DNA of 64,000 bases, from positions 25,854,001 to 25,918,000 of the forward strand of contig OX597825.1 of the NCBI GenBank assembly GCA_951406725.2. Reading direction: 5' to 3'. Each line of letters starts with the position of its first letter. Position 1 is the stretch's first letter. This document shows, in pieces, positions 13,341 to 27,948 of the stretch. Under the pieces are notes generated by a model. That model ran no database searches, was not told where the DNA came from, and saw only the letters and a program-made list of their open reading frames with translations. The DNA is from Octopus vulgaris. Its lineage: Eukaryota. The position numbers and the translations under genes are program-made.

Positions 13341-13725
13341 GATGATGATGATGATGATAATAGATATTTCTACTATGGGCACCAGACCTCAAATTTTGGA
13401 GGAGAAGTCTTGTAGATGGCATGAACCTAAGTATTGACGGGTATTTATTATTTTATCGACACTGAAAGGATAAAAGGCAAAATCGACCGTAGCGAATTTT
13501 GAACCCAGAATATAGAGGACAAGAAATACTGTTAACCGCTTAGTCCAGCGCGCTAAGGATTTCCCTATACATTGTTATTTTTCTGAATAAACATTTTTAC
13601 ATTAATAGATTGGTTCGATTTCGCAGCATAATGCCATGTATTGTGTAACCCTAATGTAAATAGTGAAAAATCAATGCGTATTAATCATAGCATATTACAG
13701 AATATATGCGAACTAAAGGTGGAAA

Positions 13726-14503
13726 GTGAAGGCGTGTGGCGTAGTGGTTAGGGTATTCGTCTCACAATCCTAAGGTCGTGAGTTCAATTCTCAGTGACGT
13801 GTTGTGTCCTTGAGCAAGACCCTTTATTTCACGTTGCTCCAGTTCACTCAGCGGGCAAAAATGAATAGTACCTGTATTTCAAAGGGCCTGCATTGTCAAA
13901 TTCTTATTTCTTTATTGCCCACAAGGGTCCAAACATAGAGGGGACAAACAATGACAGACAAAGGGGTTAAATCGATAACATCGATCCCAGCGCGTAACTA
14001 GTACTTTATTTATCGACCCCGAAAGGATGAACGCCAAAGTCGACCTGGGAGGAACTTGAACTCAGAACGTAACGGCAGAGGAAATACCTATTTCTTTACT
14101 ACCCACAAGGGGCTAAAAACAGAGAGGACAAACAAGGATAGACAAACGGATTAAGTCGATTATATCGACCCCAGTGCATAACTAGTACTTATTTAATCGA
14201 CTCCGAAAGGATGAAAGGCAAAGTCGACCTCGGCGGAAGTTGAACTCAGAACGTAGCGACAGAGGGAACACCGCTAAGCTTTTCGCCCGGCGTGCTAACG
14301 ATTTTGCCAACTCGCCGCCTTTATCACATTCTGTCTTTAGTACATTATCACATTCTGTGTCACGCTGAATCTCCCTGAGAACTACATTAAGGGTACGCGT
14401 GGCTGTGGAGTGCTCAGCCACTTGCACGTTAATTTAAGGAACAAGCTGTTCCGTTGATCGGATCAGCTGGGACCCTCGTCGTCGTAACTGAGACGGTGCC
14501 AGT
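13726..14503 (+). mobile_element. tRNA-headed SINE with tail type 1, interrupted by a family C SINE
   Basis: A box tggcgtagtgg, B box gttcaattc; tail matches 5390-5575; target-site duplication taaaggtggaaa at 13714-13725 and 14504-14515. Confidence 0.85.
13904..14321 (-). mobile_element. SINE family C with duplicated body, nested in another SINE
   Basis: Two tandem bodies (gaaaggatgaa..aaagtcgacct..tgaactcagaacgta) under one head. Confidence 0.88.
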
Positions 14504-15574
14504 TAAAGGTGGAAATCGTCGTCATTGTATCCGCTTGTTATGTAATATCTTATGATTATACTCAGCTAATTGGTGGATTGGTAAGAGCGAAGCATAGGTT
14601 TCCATGCGGCATTCATCGAGGTGTTGTATGATCAAGTTCGCCCTAGGTCAACTTTGCATTTCACATTTTCCCTGTCTTACACTTTCTGCAATTTCCTCTT
14701 TTTCCAAAACTACAAAATCTGTCGAACAAAAAAAGAAACAAAATATAAAAAAACCCAACAAAAACAAAAAAAAGAACAAAAAAAAAACAAAAAGAAAAAA
14801 CAGACATTTTCAGGATTACCAAGACTACCAACAGGTAGTTACTAAAACAATGGTAAACGATAATATATTCCACAATAGTATTTCCTTTACCATCACTGTC
14901 GTCGTCACCAGCTCTTCCTTCACCACCACCACCACCACCAAAAAACACTACCACCACCACCACCCCCACCACCATCACCACTACCACCACCACCACCACC
15001 ACCACCACCAAAAACCACTACCACTACCACTGCCACCGCCGCCACCGCCACTGTCATCGCCGCCGTCGTAGTAATCATCATCATCATCATCAAAACCACC
15101 ACCACCACCACCACAACCATCATCATCATCATCATCGTTACCATCGAAACAATTATCGCACACGAAATTGCAAAATCAAACTCAATATGATAATTAGTAA
15201 CACTATAATAATCGTAATTAATGTAATAATTAGGATGATGATGATGATGATAATGGAGACATTAATAATGATAGTGATTTCTAATGGAAAGCTTCATGCT
15301 ATTGACAATAATAATTAATCCGATCAAAGTTATCCGCTTCTTCCTTCTCCCTCCTCAAACTGCTTCCATCGTCGTCGTGGTAGTCAACGACAACAACAAC
15401 AACAATAACAAGAACAGCCGCGTCATTATTATGAGGAAAAGCAACCATAGCGCCTCCAACATACCCACCACATCGACTACCTCCACTGTCGCCAGACCTA
15501 TCTGGTTATTTCTATAAATTCCATCATTTCTGATATTGTGGAAACCTATTTTGAAAGGTAGCATAAATATTAAA

Positions 15575-15684
<110 letters not shown>

Positions 15685-16764
15685 TAACATTACCAAAATA
15701 TATAATACCAAAATATATAAACCATGAGTGTGTGTGTGTGTGTAAATGCGTCTGTGTGTGTGTGTGTAAATGCGTGTGTGTGTGTGCGTGCAAAGATGTA
15801 TATATGTAAATGCATTTCTATCTTTTACTCTCTGCCTTTCTATCTACATGTCTATCTATCAATACACTTCGTTCTCTATGTATGTATGCATGTATGTATG
15901 TATGTATGTATGTATGTATGTATGTATGTATGTATGTATGTATGTATGTATATATGTATGTATGTACGTATGTATGTATGTATGTATGTAATTGTTGGTG
16001 TGTGTGTGTATGAAACTGTCTTATATTAGAAACATGCAATAAATATTCTGCTATATACTTTTATTACTATGTATAGTTTATGTAACATATTTATGTGTGT
16101 GTGTGTTTGTGTGTATGTGTGTGTGTGTGTGTGTGTGCGTGTGTCTGTAGTCTTAATATATTGAGTAGCAAATTGCATGAGGAATATTAGCGATGATATA
16201 CCAGCGGCATTAATAGTTAATTGTTATGGGAAGTAAAACAAGCCTAATCAAACAGCATAGTATTATTAATAATAATGGCAATAGGTTGATATTTTTTTTC
16301 AATTTTCAAACAACTGCAAAAATCAATACACTTCGAGTAAATTTTGAAAATATCTGCAAATAATTTTTCCCCTGATTATTATTAATGTAGCAATATATAA
16401 GATTGATATAATAACTTTATATGGCAGTATTTCATTAATTCTTAAAATGATTTGATTATATCTTCCACGTTGTTCAATATCAAGACTTGTTGTTTAACCC
16501 TGCTCGTACACACTTAAAATTTGTAGCTCTACATCTATGACTATCCTCTTATATTTTCAAACGAAATTTGTCAGAGACAACCGCACACACTACCCTCTTA
16601 AATTTTCAGGTGCAATCTATAATCTCTAACAAGGCGATGGTTATCGTGAATAACGTAAGACCCAGCTAATAACGTATGTGCAATGGTGTTCAATATTTTG
16701 GTAACAATAATAAGCATTAGTATTGAAAAATATTGTATAGGTAAGCTAAATAACTACATTTGTA

Positions 16765-17045
16765 GTTCTATATTTAAGAGATGTGGAATTATGTACATTA
16801 TTTACATTCGACGTATATTTGTCCTCATCTTGTTTGTTGTTAACACGTTTCGGCTGATATATACTCCCCAAACTTCTTCAGGTGTCTTGCGGAAATTACC
16901 ATTACGACATGTGCCCACGGGCATATGGCGTATTGGTTAAGAGCGCGGGAAATTAACCCCAAGATTGCGAATTCTATTCCAAGCAGTGACCTGAACAATA
17001 ACAATAATAATAATGTCCATCGTAATAATGATGATGATGATGATG

Positions 17046-17131
<86 letters not shown>

Positions 17132-17290
17132 AATAATATCAAAAATACCTTAGGAATGAGAACCTAGGTTCGAAATTTCCCCAAGACACCTGAAGAAAGC
17201 TGGAGGGTATATCAGCCGAAACGTTGTATTAACAACAAACAAGATGAGGACAAATATCCGTCGAGTGTAAATAATGTAAATAACGTAAAT
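16765..17290 (+). mobile_element. tRNA-headed SINE-like element with HHR tail and an inverted upstream copy of the tail
   Basis: Inverted arms 16791-16897 and 17174-17281; A box 16926-16936, B-box-like 16971-16980; flanking aactac(a/g)tttgtagtt duplicated. Confidence 0.8.
17185..17230 (+). ncRNA. Minimal type I hammerhead ribozyme motif
   Basis: gacac-CTGAAGA-aagctg..cagcc-GAAAC-GTT-gtatt; palindromic ACGT stem III; one stem I mismatch. Confidence 0.65.
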
Positions 17291-17972
17291 AAACTACGTT
17301 TGTAGTTTTCTCTTGCGTCTAGGCCTAAATCAGCCCCGGTCGAGTATATCTATAATTTAACATATTCCATCCATCACTGTTCTTTAGTTATGTACGTAGA
17401 ACATTTATTAGGCCATGTATACTTTATTTGAGAGCTTAGCTTGTCATACAAGATAAATTCATATTCTTTTACAATTCGGCAAAGCGACCACTTAACGGAT
17501 CACTTGTTTGGATTATGTCCACGCTAATTTCAATTAGAGTCTATTGATTTTGATTAAAATGAGAAGAATTATTTTGTCAACTTTCTTTTTATCTCCAGTC
17601 GTTTAACGTGCATCTCTTCTGAAACCGTTAATCTCCCTCATTTATATCTATATTTCATGTTTCGTGTTTCAAAATCCACACTTGTTTGGTCAGGCGATCT
17701 CTCTGTGATCTCTAGACAAGACATTCAAGTGATATAACATTCGTATGTAATCTCTTTGGCTTCCCTAGACGTTTCAGACGAAAAGGAGAGCAACAAAAGT
17801 AAGCGATGTAGATATTGATAACAATACAGACACCTTCAATTCAACTACGATTTTCGAAGCATCAGCTAATTTCTAGAAAATCATCAGTTACCAAGACTAC
17901 TGTCGCCAACGGTCCCAACCATATATACTTATATACATGCATACATACATACAAACATACATACATACATAA

Positions 17973-18170
17973 AATGCAAGCACCACAGACCTGATATAAT
18001 GATTTGGGATAAAGAAGAGAAACTGTGTCCAGTTGTGGAAATTAACTACACAGTGGATGTTAACATAAAGCTGAAGATCAGTGAAAAAGAGAATACCTGT
18101 GCAGAACTAGAGAGAAATCTGCAGTTACTTTTCAGGTTTATACCTGGAATTATTGGGGGCCCTGGTATAT
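17973..18170 (+). pseudogene. REL endonuclease relic of an R4-type LINE
   Basis: Translates as HRPDIMIWDKEEKLC.VVEI...EKENT...IPGIIG, matching the PD..E..K REL pattern. Confidence 0.7.
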
Positions 18171-18292
18171 GGAGAAATTGGAATGTTTGCTACAATACAT
18201 GTACTAGAAAGCGTACGTTTCGAAAATCCGACCTTCAGCTTATTTGCAGACAAATTCGTTTTCAAATCATAGAAATCTCCTCCGTAGTTAAA

Positions 18293-18498
18293 GGTTCTTG
18301 ACAATTTGGGGGTTGATTCAATAGAAAACTTTACACTGTCACGTGGCACATCACGAGGAAAACTAAATAATCCCCTAGTTTACAATTTCTTTCGTCGACG
18401 AAAAATTGTAAAATAGAAGATTATTTAGTTTTCCACGTGATGTGCCGCGTGACAGTTTAAAGTTTTCTATTGAATCAACCTCAAAATTGTCAAGAACC
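18293..18498. repeat. Spacerless fold-back palindrome with arms of about 100 bp
   Basis: ggttcttgacaattt...ttcgtcgacgaa...aaattgtcaagaacc. Confidence 0.9.
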
Positions 18499-19311
18499 GT
18501 ATATCAAATAGAGCACACACAAAAGACTGCTTACAAACATACAAGAAACATATTTCAATATACAATGATATGAATACAGAAACGAAGGAGTTAGCTACTC
18601 TCCTGAAGACAGAAAGATGTCCCACGAAGCGCCATCCTAATACCAGGCTTAAGGAACAGATCCCAAATTCCTTTCTAATCCTAAATTCTCTAAGGACAAG
18701 ATAAGCATTGTGATTAAGCGTTTCTCGATGTAAGTAAAATTGATATGAGAATGATCAAATGTGATTGTAGCACTACTGTAATCAACTGGTCGGAGGCATC
18801 GTGAATAAAGCAGCCTGCATATGCAATCAGTTTTATATTACAGATTTCAACACGTCAGTACCTCGTGGAGGCCTTAGGCTTCGTTAGACAAATTACCCGA
18901 AATATATCGATATCAGAAACATTGTTAAAACCTGGAAAGTCAATCCTCTTTCACAGTGATGCCTGGTGGGAAAAAAATGAGGGCGAACCTATTCTACGAC
19001 GTATCTATGTGGAGTTACGAAGAGACTGAGCTCGCTTAGTCAACAGTTTATTTCTGCTGCATTCTCTCTCTAAAAAAAAAAAGAATAGACAATATACAAT
19101 ATGTAAGCTTATAGGAATCCTTCTGTAGAAAGGTGTAATATGTATTCTAATATGTGTGTATTTTAATATTTGTGCGCTGGTGTGTGTGAATATTTTCATA
19201 TCTTTCCTGTGTGCGCGAGAAAATTTATCTGTGACTGTGATTACTTTCTAAGTGCAAATAATGTTGTTACTTTTTGTTGCTGTTATTGTTGTTGCTGATT
19301 TTGTTGTTGTC

Positions 19312-19380
<69 letters not shown>

Positions 19381-19571
19381 GTTATTATTGTTATTATTAT
19401 TGTTATTATTATTATTATTATTATTATTTTATTATTGTTGTTGTTGTTATTATCATCCACATCCGCATCATCACCATCATCTCTGTTGCCGGAATAGAAA
19501 TAGAAAGAAAGTAAAACTGATTTATTAGTGCGAATAGATGTATAGATGCAGTCATACATATTTATGCGTGC

Positions 19572-19619
<48 letters not shown>

Positions 19620-20347
19620 TCATATTATATATCTATGTTTACATATATATACATTCACACGCACGCGTGCATATGCGTACACACTCACTCGTGCGCGCAC
19701 ACACACGCACGCACTCATTCACTCACACATACACACACACTTACATATACACACACGCACACACACATACATATATAATCAAATGCGATACGAAGAATTT
19801 ATATACAAACTGTCTGAATGTTACTGCACCAAGATTTTTTTATATATATAACATTGCTCTCCCAGCTCATATATAACTGTAAATTTATTTATTTACCAAT
19901 CTATTCTATTTATTCATGTGATATTTTATTTACTGCCAACATGGCGACATGGCATCAAATCATAATCTGTAAACCAATATGCATTATACGAAGTCATCTT
20001 TACCTTGAGTTCGAACTTTTGTATGTGTAAAAGAAGAAAATAAAAACACCGCAGTTTAATTCCTGCTTTTTGTAATAAATTCTGTAGCATTCTAGTAAAG
20101 CAGATAATAAATCTTATGAAAATACACTGGTGAACAAAAATGTACTTTCTCAAGGAAAAAAAAAAGTGTACATCACAAGAATAACGATAATAATAAGAGT
20201 AGAAAATATAACAACAAATCACCCCCACCACCACCGCCACCGCCATCATCGCAATCCACAGCAACAACAACACTGCCATCATCATCACAACCACGACTAC
20301 CAACACCACCACCAACAACAACAACAAAAACAACAACCACCACACCC

Positions 20348-20379
<32 letters not shown>

Positions 20380-20420
20380 AAACAACAACCACCACACCCA
20401 CCACCACCACCACCACCACC

Positions 20421-20481
<61 letters not shown>

Positions 20482-21087
20482 ACAACAACAACAACAACTG
20501 CAACAATTACAATGCACTAGTAAGAATAATGAAAAATGGTATTGCTTCTAGTACACATCGTTTCATTAAGTAATATTAGTATTATTATTACAAAGATTTT
20601 CACCATTATAATAATTTCTTTTGCACTTTTTTTTTCCTCTCTCATAGAATGTATAAATCTTTATAAAAGTTGCAAACATCAGAAATGTCACAATATTTTC
20701 ATGTTTTTTTGTAATATATGTACTGATTGGCTTAATATTACCATTATTATTTTTGCTTATAACTCTTGAATAATTCTACAATAGTTTTTTTTTTTCTGTA
20801 GGGTCTACAACAAAATAAAAAAAACAAAAAAAAAACGAATTGAATGTAGTTACAGAATATAATGATGAAAAACTAAGAAATATTTTCGCATACTCGAAAG
20901 TTTGGTAAACGAATGGATATCAAAATTATAAAGATGTAACTAAAGAGATAGTGATGTGCAAGTGTTTGTGATCGTGATGTAAATATCATGGGAGTTGAAG
21001 AACAACAAACTCAAGGGTAAAACATTCTGAATAGAAGATCCAGACATAAAACATATCTGAAAATGACACAAGCTCAAGCACGTTGAT

Positions 21088-21177
<90 letters not shown>

Positions 21178-21397
21178 TAATAAGGGTGAAAAATTGAATA
21201 TTAATTTGATTAATATCAATTTAAAACCAGTGGTCTAGCATATTAAAATCTGAAGATTCAGTAAAAATATATTACATACATATAAGTATGATGTTATATA
21301 TATATATAAATATATATACACTGAAGCAAAATAACACCAAATATATAGTGCGTGTGTTTTTATTCGCTAAACTGGCAAAATGACCATTCCGAAATAT

Positions 21398-21512
<115 letters not shown>

Positions 21513-21513
21513 C

Positions 21514-22585
21514 CTAAAACTTATAGAAAAACAAAAGATGAAGACAGGCGTATGAACAACAACGAGGTGTATTAGTTTGACGCTCGGGAAAATGAATTCG
21601 TCCTTTACGTTTCGAGCCTACGCTCTTCAACAGAATGGGATAAGAGAAAATAAACATAGAGTGGATGAAAAAATTTGTAGATTTAGCGGTCAAGCTATAT
21701 AGATCTTTCTCTCTCTTCATGCCTCATGGTGTTGATTCATCACCTCTCTTCTAACCCACCACTCCCAGATACACTTGCACACACCAAAGACCTCTCACCT
21801 TCCACTGCCGTTCCTTCCCTACCACCCATACACCTTCTCTACACCTTTCAACTCAGTACCCACAACATACACAATATTATGTCCATACAGCATATACTTA
21901 CACCTATACACAGTCACGTGCGCATGCACAAACACACAAACGCACGTAAGAACACGGACACATGCACACACGCTACTTGAACAATATATACATAAACGCA
22001 TATATTAACTGATACAGGAAGGTGTTTGTACACATATACACCGAGCACACACACGCACACATCGCTTCACACAGCTGACGTATATGTTAACTTACACACA
22101 TACACCCAGTCGCTCCCGTACGCACACACACAGGCACCCACACTCTCATACCTACACATACCTACGTACGGTCCCCCATAGTTCACATACACACGCTTGC
22201 CTAATCTGCATACCCACATGTTTATCCACAGGTACATACACATATACACACGCTCGTCGATACATACATATACATTCGTACACATTATCCTTACATAAAA
22301 CTTATACACACACCTACATACACACGCACACATGCACGTACACATAATTGCGCGCAAAATCTTCAGTTAGGTTACTGCTGTCTCCGTTTCCATCAACCAT
22401 ATCCTTCCGGTCAATTTAATACTAATCCAAAGAGGTCTCCTTTTCTCTCTGTTTTCTTTCCTCATTCCTTAGTGTAGAAGAACATAGGCTCGAAACGCCA
22501 AAGACACTTCCATTTCCCCTGAGCGTCAAATTAATATTCATTGTTTGTTATTCCCTACCTATTTCTGCCTTTTGCATAATTATGA
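21514..22585 (+). mobile_element. Family D element: inverted terminal arm, CA-rich body, direct arm
   Basis: HHR-like motif on the minus strand at 21601-21638 and on the plus strand at 22468-22505, each followed by the same tail. Confidence 0.65.
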
Positions 22586-22879
22586 ACCACGCACACACAA
22601 ACATGTATGTAAGTATATATGTATGTGTGTGTGTGTGATAAGAATTTAGAAACTTCAAGAGAAATAAGACATTGTTTTTACCGGTGAAACTCAGAGTAGA
22701 TAAAGCTATACACAGTAGCGTTTAAGTACTGGTTTAAAATGTCGCCTGGATGGAAAAAAAATCGAAGGCCTCCGTAATACCCGAAACCGAATACTGTAAG
22801 TATGATAGATGTTCTATAAGAAATCAATTCTTCGAAATTCGATTTCTTTTAGAATCTTTGTTCTTACCAACGAGAATTT

Positions 22880-24555
22880 TGTGTTTACTTCCGAAGAATT
22901 TAGAAACTTTTTGAGACATGAAAGCTATCGCTGAATTTCAAAGTAGATAAGGTTAAAAATAATGCCCAAAATCCATTCTTATGTGCCGTGAGAATGTTGT
23001 GACTTTTTCTCATAGTCTCTTGATTGCCAGAATATAAATTTAGGTGATCAACAAAAAGTGTGAAGGTAACATTCTTTTTTATTCTTTTTTGCATATCCCA
23101 CCATATAGCCTTTGCATTTTGTTAACAGGGCTTTCAAGGGGTTCACTGACAGTTCAAACAACTACAGATAAAGTATCACCCTGGGATATGCCTATTGATA
23201 ACTTAATTCTCTTTGTAAGAATATGTGTTGCTTTCTTAGTTCTCAGAGATAACTTTGTGGACCATGTTGTGTTAGTCTTTCAATTCCATTCACTAGAGCA
23301 GCAGATACTTTAGCAAAGTGTAGCGATTCTAGGAGACATTATTGAGGGAGTGTATCGAAGATCTTTTGTAGTGTAGCCATATTGTTAAGAGTTTACGAAG
23401 ATGCTGCTTGGCTTCTTTGAGGACAGTTTCGTTGACAACTTCTTTCTTCCTCCTTCCTATTCATCAGTTATCAACCGTTTATTTCGCAGTGATCTTAAAG
23501 GTACATATGCAAAGAACCTATGTACAGTTTGTATATAATATTCAAGCATTGCTATTGGACGGTAGATTTTGGTTACATAGGTCGCTTTCATGTTGGGGAC
23601 AAGAGTAGTTCATGCAACCGTCAACCAGTGTGGTACATGTAAGCTCAGCCATTGGTTTTATAAACAGGTTCCTGAAAATTTCACATTAGAACGTAAGTTA
23701 TTGTACCAGATCTCTTCCAGGTGATTTTTCCATCCAGAAATTGCATAACAACCATCAACAGTGTTTCAATTGTGATGTTATATATTTTAGGAGAGGCATT
23801 TTCACAGTATTAGCTTCGTAGTTTATTTAACTAGGCTGCTTCTCAATTGTGTTCTTAGTTTATATCCCAGATTCCCTGTAAAAAAAAAAAAAAAAAAAAG
23901 ACAGAAAAGAAAAAACTCCAGGTTCTTCTGGAGACGAACATTTATTACCCGATGTCATCGCTTTTGATACTGCGATATACAGCTTCAAGCTTTCAGTCAA
24001 ACTTGCGGTTAATCGTCTTGCGTTCATATATTTTTTCTTATGGAAACGAAGTTTTTCACTTACCTTTGGTAGATCATCTTTAAAAGCAATCAGTTTGCTT
24101 GTCAATTCCTATAAAATTTCGCGAATCTACCATAGCTGGTGATCCATGAATTCCTTTTTAGAGTTGCACTTAATGATAGTGCCCTATCTTTTTCTCCAGT
24201 TACTTGATGTCATTTTAGAAGAAGGTAATCGATATTAGCTCAGTATTATCTTTTGGATAGGTTTCTTTCAACTCCAACTTGTTGTACCGTTACTGTGACA
24301 CAATATAGCAGGGCAGTTATTGTACAAATGCTGGGAGATTGAATTTGAGCTTGTTCGCTCGTACTTCGCCGATCGCAGGTAACATTAACATCTCCCGATT
24401 CGTGTCGTCATCTTTCTTTCATATAATGCCTTACGTACGTACGAGAGCAAACTTCTGCTTAAACTTCGATTTTTACAGTGATTTCAGTATCTTATACTTC
24501 TTGTTTTTGAGAGATCATACGCGGTGGCCACATGACCGTGTAATGGCGGCGGCTT
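22880..24555 (-). pseudogene. Highly degenerate R4-type LINE RT relic
   Basis: Minus-strand GISQGDTLS and LFVDHLNLY (related to LFMDDLKLY) plus a DYK remnant; many stops and frameshifts. Confidence 0.65.
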
Positions 24556-25227
24556 GTTATTGTTGTGTTCGTCTATGTCGTGTTTCTTTTGTCGTTCATA
24601 ACATTTAATGCTATTATTATTTGCACATACTCGATAAGTAATTTTCTTTGGTCAGATGGTATGTTTTGTAAAGAAATATGTAACTTGTTGGCTAAGTATT
24701 TTTCGGAAAAAGTTGAGAACAATGGGTATTTCTTATCCCAGGGTTATTTTAGCCTCTTCATGTAGCCTCTCGAAAGGTTTTCCTTAGTCTTTTTATAAAA
24801 TTATCACAAGTGTTGGTCCAGTTTGGAATTCCACTGGAATTTCTATTGCATCGCGATCTACTACTTCTTTTGCCGCCATAGAGTAAGTACTAGTAATTTA
24901 CCACATGGTGTGTACTAATTTAAGTTTATGTCTGTCAATGAGCCAGTCAGTCAGTCAGTATGTATGTATGCATGTGTGTGCATGTATGCATGTGTATATA
25001 TATATATGATTTATATGATCCTTATAATTGGACGATAATTACAAGCGACGTAGGTTGTAACACAAGTGTCAAATTATAACGAAAGTTTGATATGTGAATT
25101 ATAACGAAGTTTGATATGAGATACAACCCCAAAATTTATATATATATGTATATATCATATTATATCATATTATATTATATTATATTATATTATATTATAT
25201 TATATACATATATATATATACGTACAT

Positions 25228-25261
<34 letters not shown>

Positions 25262-26196
25262 ATGTACGTATATATATATATATATAATATATATAATATA
25301 TATATGTATATATATATATGTATATAATATATATATGTATATATATATATATATATACGTACATCTATATATATATACATATATATATATATATGTATAT
25401 ATATGTATGTATATATGTGTAAATATATATATACATACATATATTTATATATGTATATATACATATACTATACGTGTATGTGTGTTTTTGTGTTTGTGTA
25501 TGTTTATATGTATATATATATATATATGTTTGTGCGTGTGTGTGTGATTCTAAGTTAATAATATCCACCACACATTTCAATAGCTTATTAAACAATTGAC
25601 ATCTCAAGTAGCAACCTATCAAATTCCGGCTAAACTTTATGATAGTTACTGCCCTCTCATGAAGGCTATAGCAAATATGTTTCTCTGTTTTCGCTGATTT
25701 AAAGAACAAATTAATTTGTATATTCCATATGTAACTTTATTATGCCATTAGTTTTGAAAATATGAATCTTCAGCATTGTTCCACTGGTATATATTTTGTT
25801 TTATCTTCTATTTCTACACACATTTATGATCGCCGTTATGTTGTCTAAGATGAAACAATAAAATAACACAGACAAACCTGCAGACATAACTAGTCAACAA
25901 CTCATGCAGAAAAATATTTGAGTATTCTGCAAATGTTAAATCATTAATTCTCTTCTCTGCTGGCAGCAAAAATGTCCAGACATAAAACACACACATATAC
26001 ACTCAATAATTCGTATTACATCTCAACGAAATACAGTACATATTCAAGATAACTATCATAGAATGCCTTTAGACAATCGCTCGATCTGTAAAATAACAAC
26101 GGTTAGATGACACTTAACAAACACTCTACAACCGTAGCAAATGTAAACAACAATAGGACGTAAATATAAGATCTACACCATATGACTTCTCACACA

Positions 26197-26510
26197 CACA
26201 CACAAAACATTGTTTGTTCCTTCTCGAGGCATGCCTGGCTCATTAGGGCCGGTTTCCAGGTTTCCTTGGCGTATAGGTTCCCCACCTGGTCGGAACGCCG
26301 GTCCGTCGCAGGTGAGCTGCAAGATGCAGGAGGAAAGAGTGAGAGAAAGTTGTGGCAAAAGAGTCAGCAGAAGTTCACCATTACCTTCTGCCGGAGCTGT
26401 GTGGAGCTTAGGTGTTTCGCTCATAAACACACACATCGCCCGGTCTGAGATTTGAACCCGCGATCCCTCGACTGCGAGTCGGCTGCCTAACCACTAGGCA
26501 ATGTGCCACC
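26197..26510 (-). mobile_element. SINE with family B-like head and tail type 3
   Basis: Reverse complement reads ttgcctagtggttaggcagccgactcgc...gttcaaatctcagaccgggcg...gagcgaaacacctaagctcc; distinct 3' tail. Confidence 0.82.
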
Positions 26511-26526
26511 ACACACACAAAACATA

Positions 26527-26675
26527 CATTGCCAAATTTGGGAGAGCGATAGTCACAAGCATAGGTCAGCAGCATCACCATAATAGCATTGTATTTAGGT
26601 CAGATACTCTCCATGTCAATATGGTAATGTTGCCGACCAATATTTGTGACTGTCCCTCTCCCAAATTGTGCAATG
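26527..26675. mobile_element. MITE-like element with imperfect TIRs of about 56 bp
   Basis: cattgccaaatttgggagagcgatagtcacaa.. pairs with ..ttgtgactgtccctctcccaaattgtgcaatg. Confidence 0.75.
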
Positions 26676-27911
26676 CAATACTCCTACTACTACTACAGCT
26701 ATTAATACTATTACTACTCATACTACTACTACAACTTCTACTGAAGGTGACCTCCTCAATTTGCTACCGCCCCACTGTAATCTGTCTTTATCTTTTCTAC
26801 TTAAACATCCCAATCTTCCCTCACCCTCCCCATACACTAGCCATTCTTCAAGCGCTCTGTTTGTTATGTCCAGCAATGGCTCTCACGAAGGTATCATTCA
26901 TTTTCTTAGGTCTACTAATTTACCTCAATTAATCAATAGGCCAATTGAATAAACCTATCTATAATAACTACTAGGAACAGCTGTAAGCCAAATTTGCTAT
27001 AATAAAGGAATTATATGTAATGACCATTATTTGAATGTCTTGTCTCTTATAGGTCTGAAACCCATCAAACGACTGTCCCCATATTGCAACGAGTTAATTC
27101 AAGAAGGTTTCTTGATCCGTACACAATATTATGAGCAATTTGACAGTTCGAATCAAGAAGAACATCCACCGAAGATGATCTGGACAACGAACGACCAAAT
27201 AGACTCATAAAAGTTCAGAATCTTTTAAGAGCGTTGTTTGACTTTTACGATGATGTAAACGTCTGCATAGTTTGGTGTTACATGTCTTTTTAAAACCAAA
27301 TAAAGAGGCATTGTATTGCTACAAAATTTAAAGAGCATCAACTGATAGGTGAACCATAAAAAAAAACACACTACAGTTAGACAGGAGCGTTTTGATCATT
27401 CGATTACGGAAGAAAAAAGTTGTGCGTAATACTATAATATCTGAAGAAATGGGGCTATGACTATCGTGTCGGAAGAATAATGTAATCCTTTCAACAGTAG
27501 TCACCGACACAAAAGTAATTATATATAATGCGCTGTCCACTTCAGGGTTCCAGCGCATTATCAACCCATTGCGATTCCACGCGAGTTTATTGCCGAATTT
27601 ATTATGCTTCTGACATTCAGCTTTGCATCAAATAGTTTTCTCAATCGCGGAGATGCTCTTTCTGTGTGATTCCTTTCATATCATTGTGCTTAGTGCCATC
27701 TTCTTTTAAGTATTCCAAGGTGTTTTTATCCGGATTGAGGTTCGATTGCCTTCAACGTCTCACCATATAGAATACATATGCCTTCTGTTGATAAGCTTTT
27801 CATGTTTCATCACCGTTAGAGAACATTTTCAAAGACCAAACTCAATTTTGATATCATTTTAAATTATCCACCCAGATTTGTGATAAGAATTAAAAAATAT
27901 AGAGTTACATG

Positions 27912-27945
<34 letters not shown>

Positions 27946-27948
<3 letters not shown>

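Noticed and set aside
18844-19030. Candidate exons with AG acceptors and short open frames (also near 27051-27210, 33874-34005 and 59556-59601)
   Set aside because: No recognisable protein and no consistent gene model; such frames arise by chance and need RNA-seq support.
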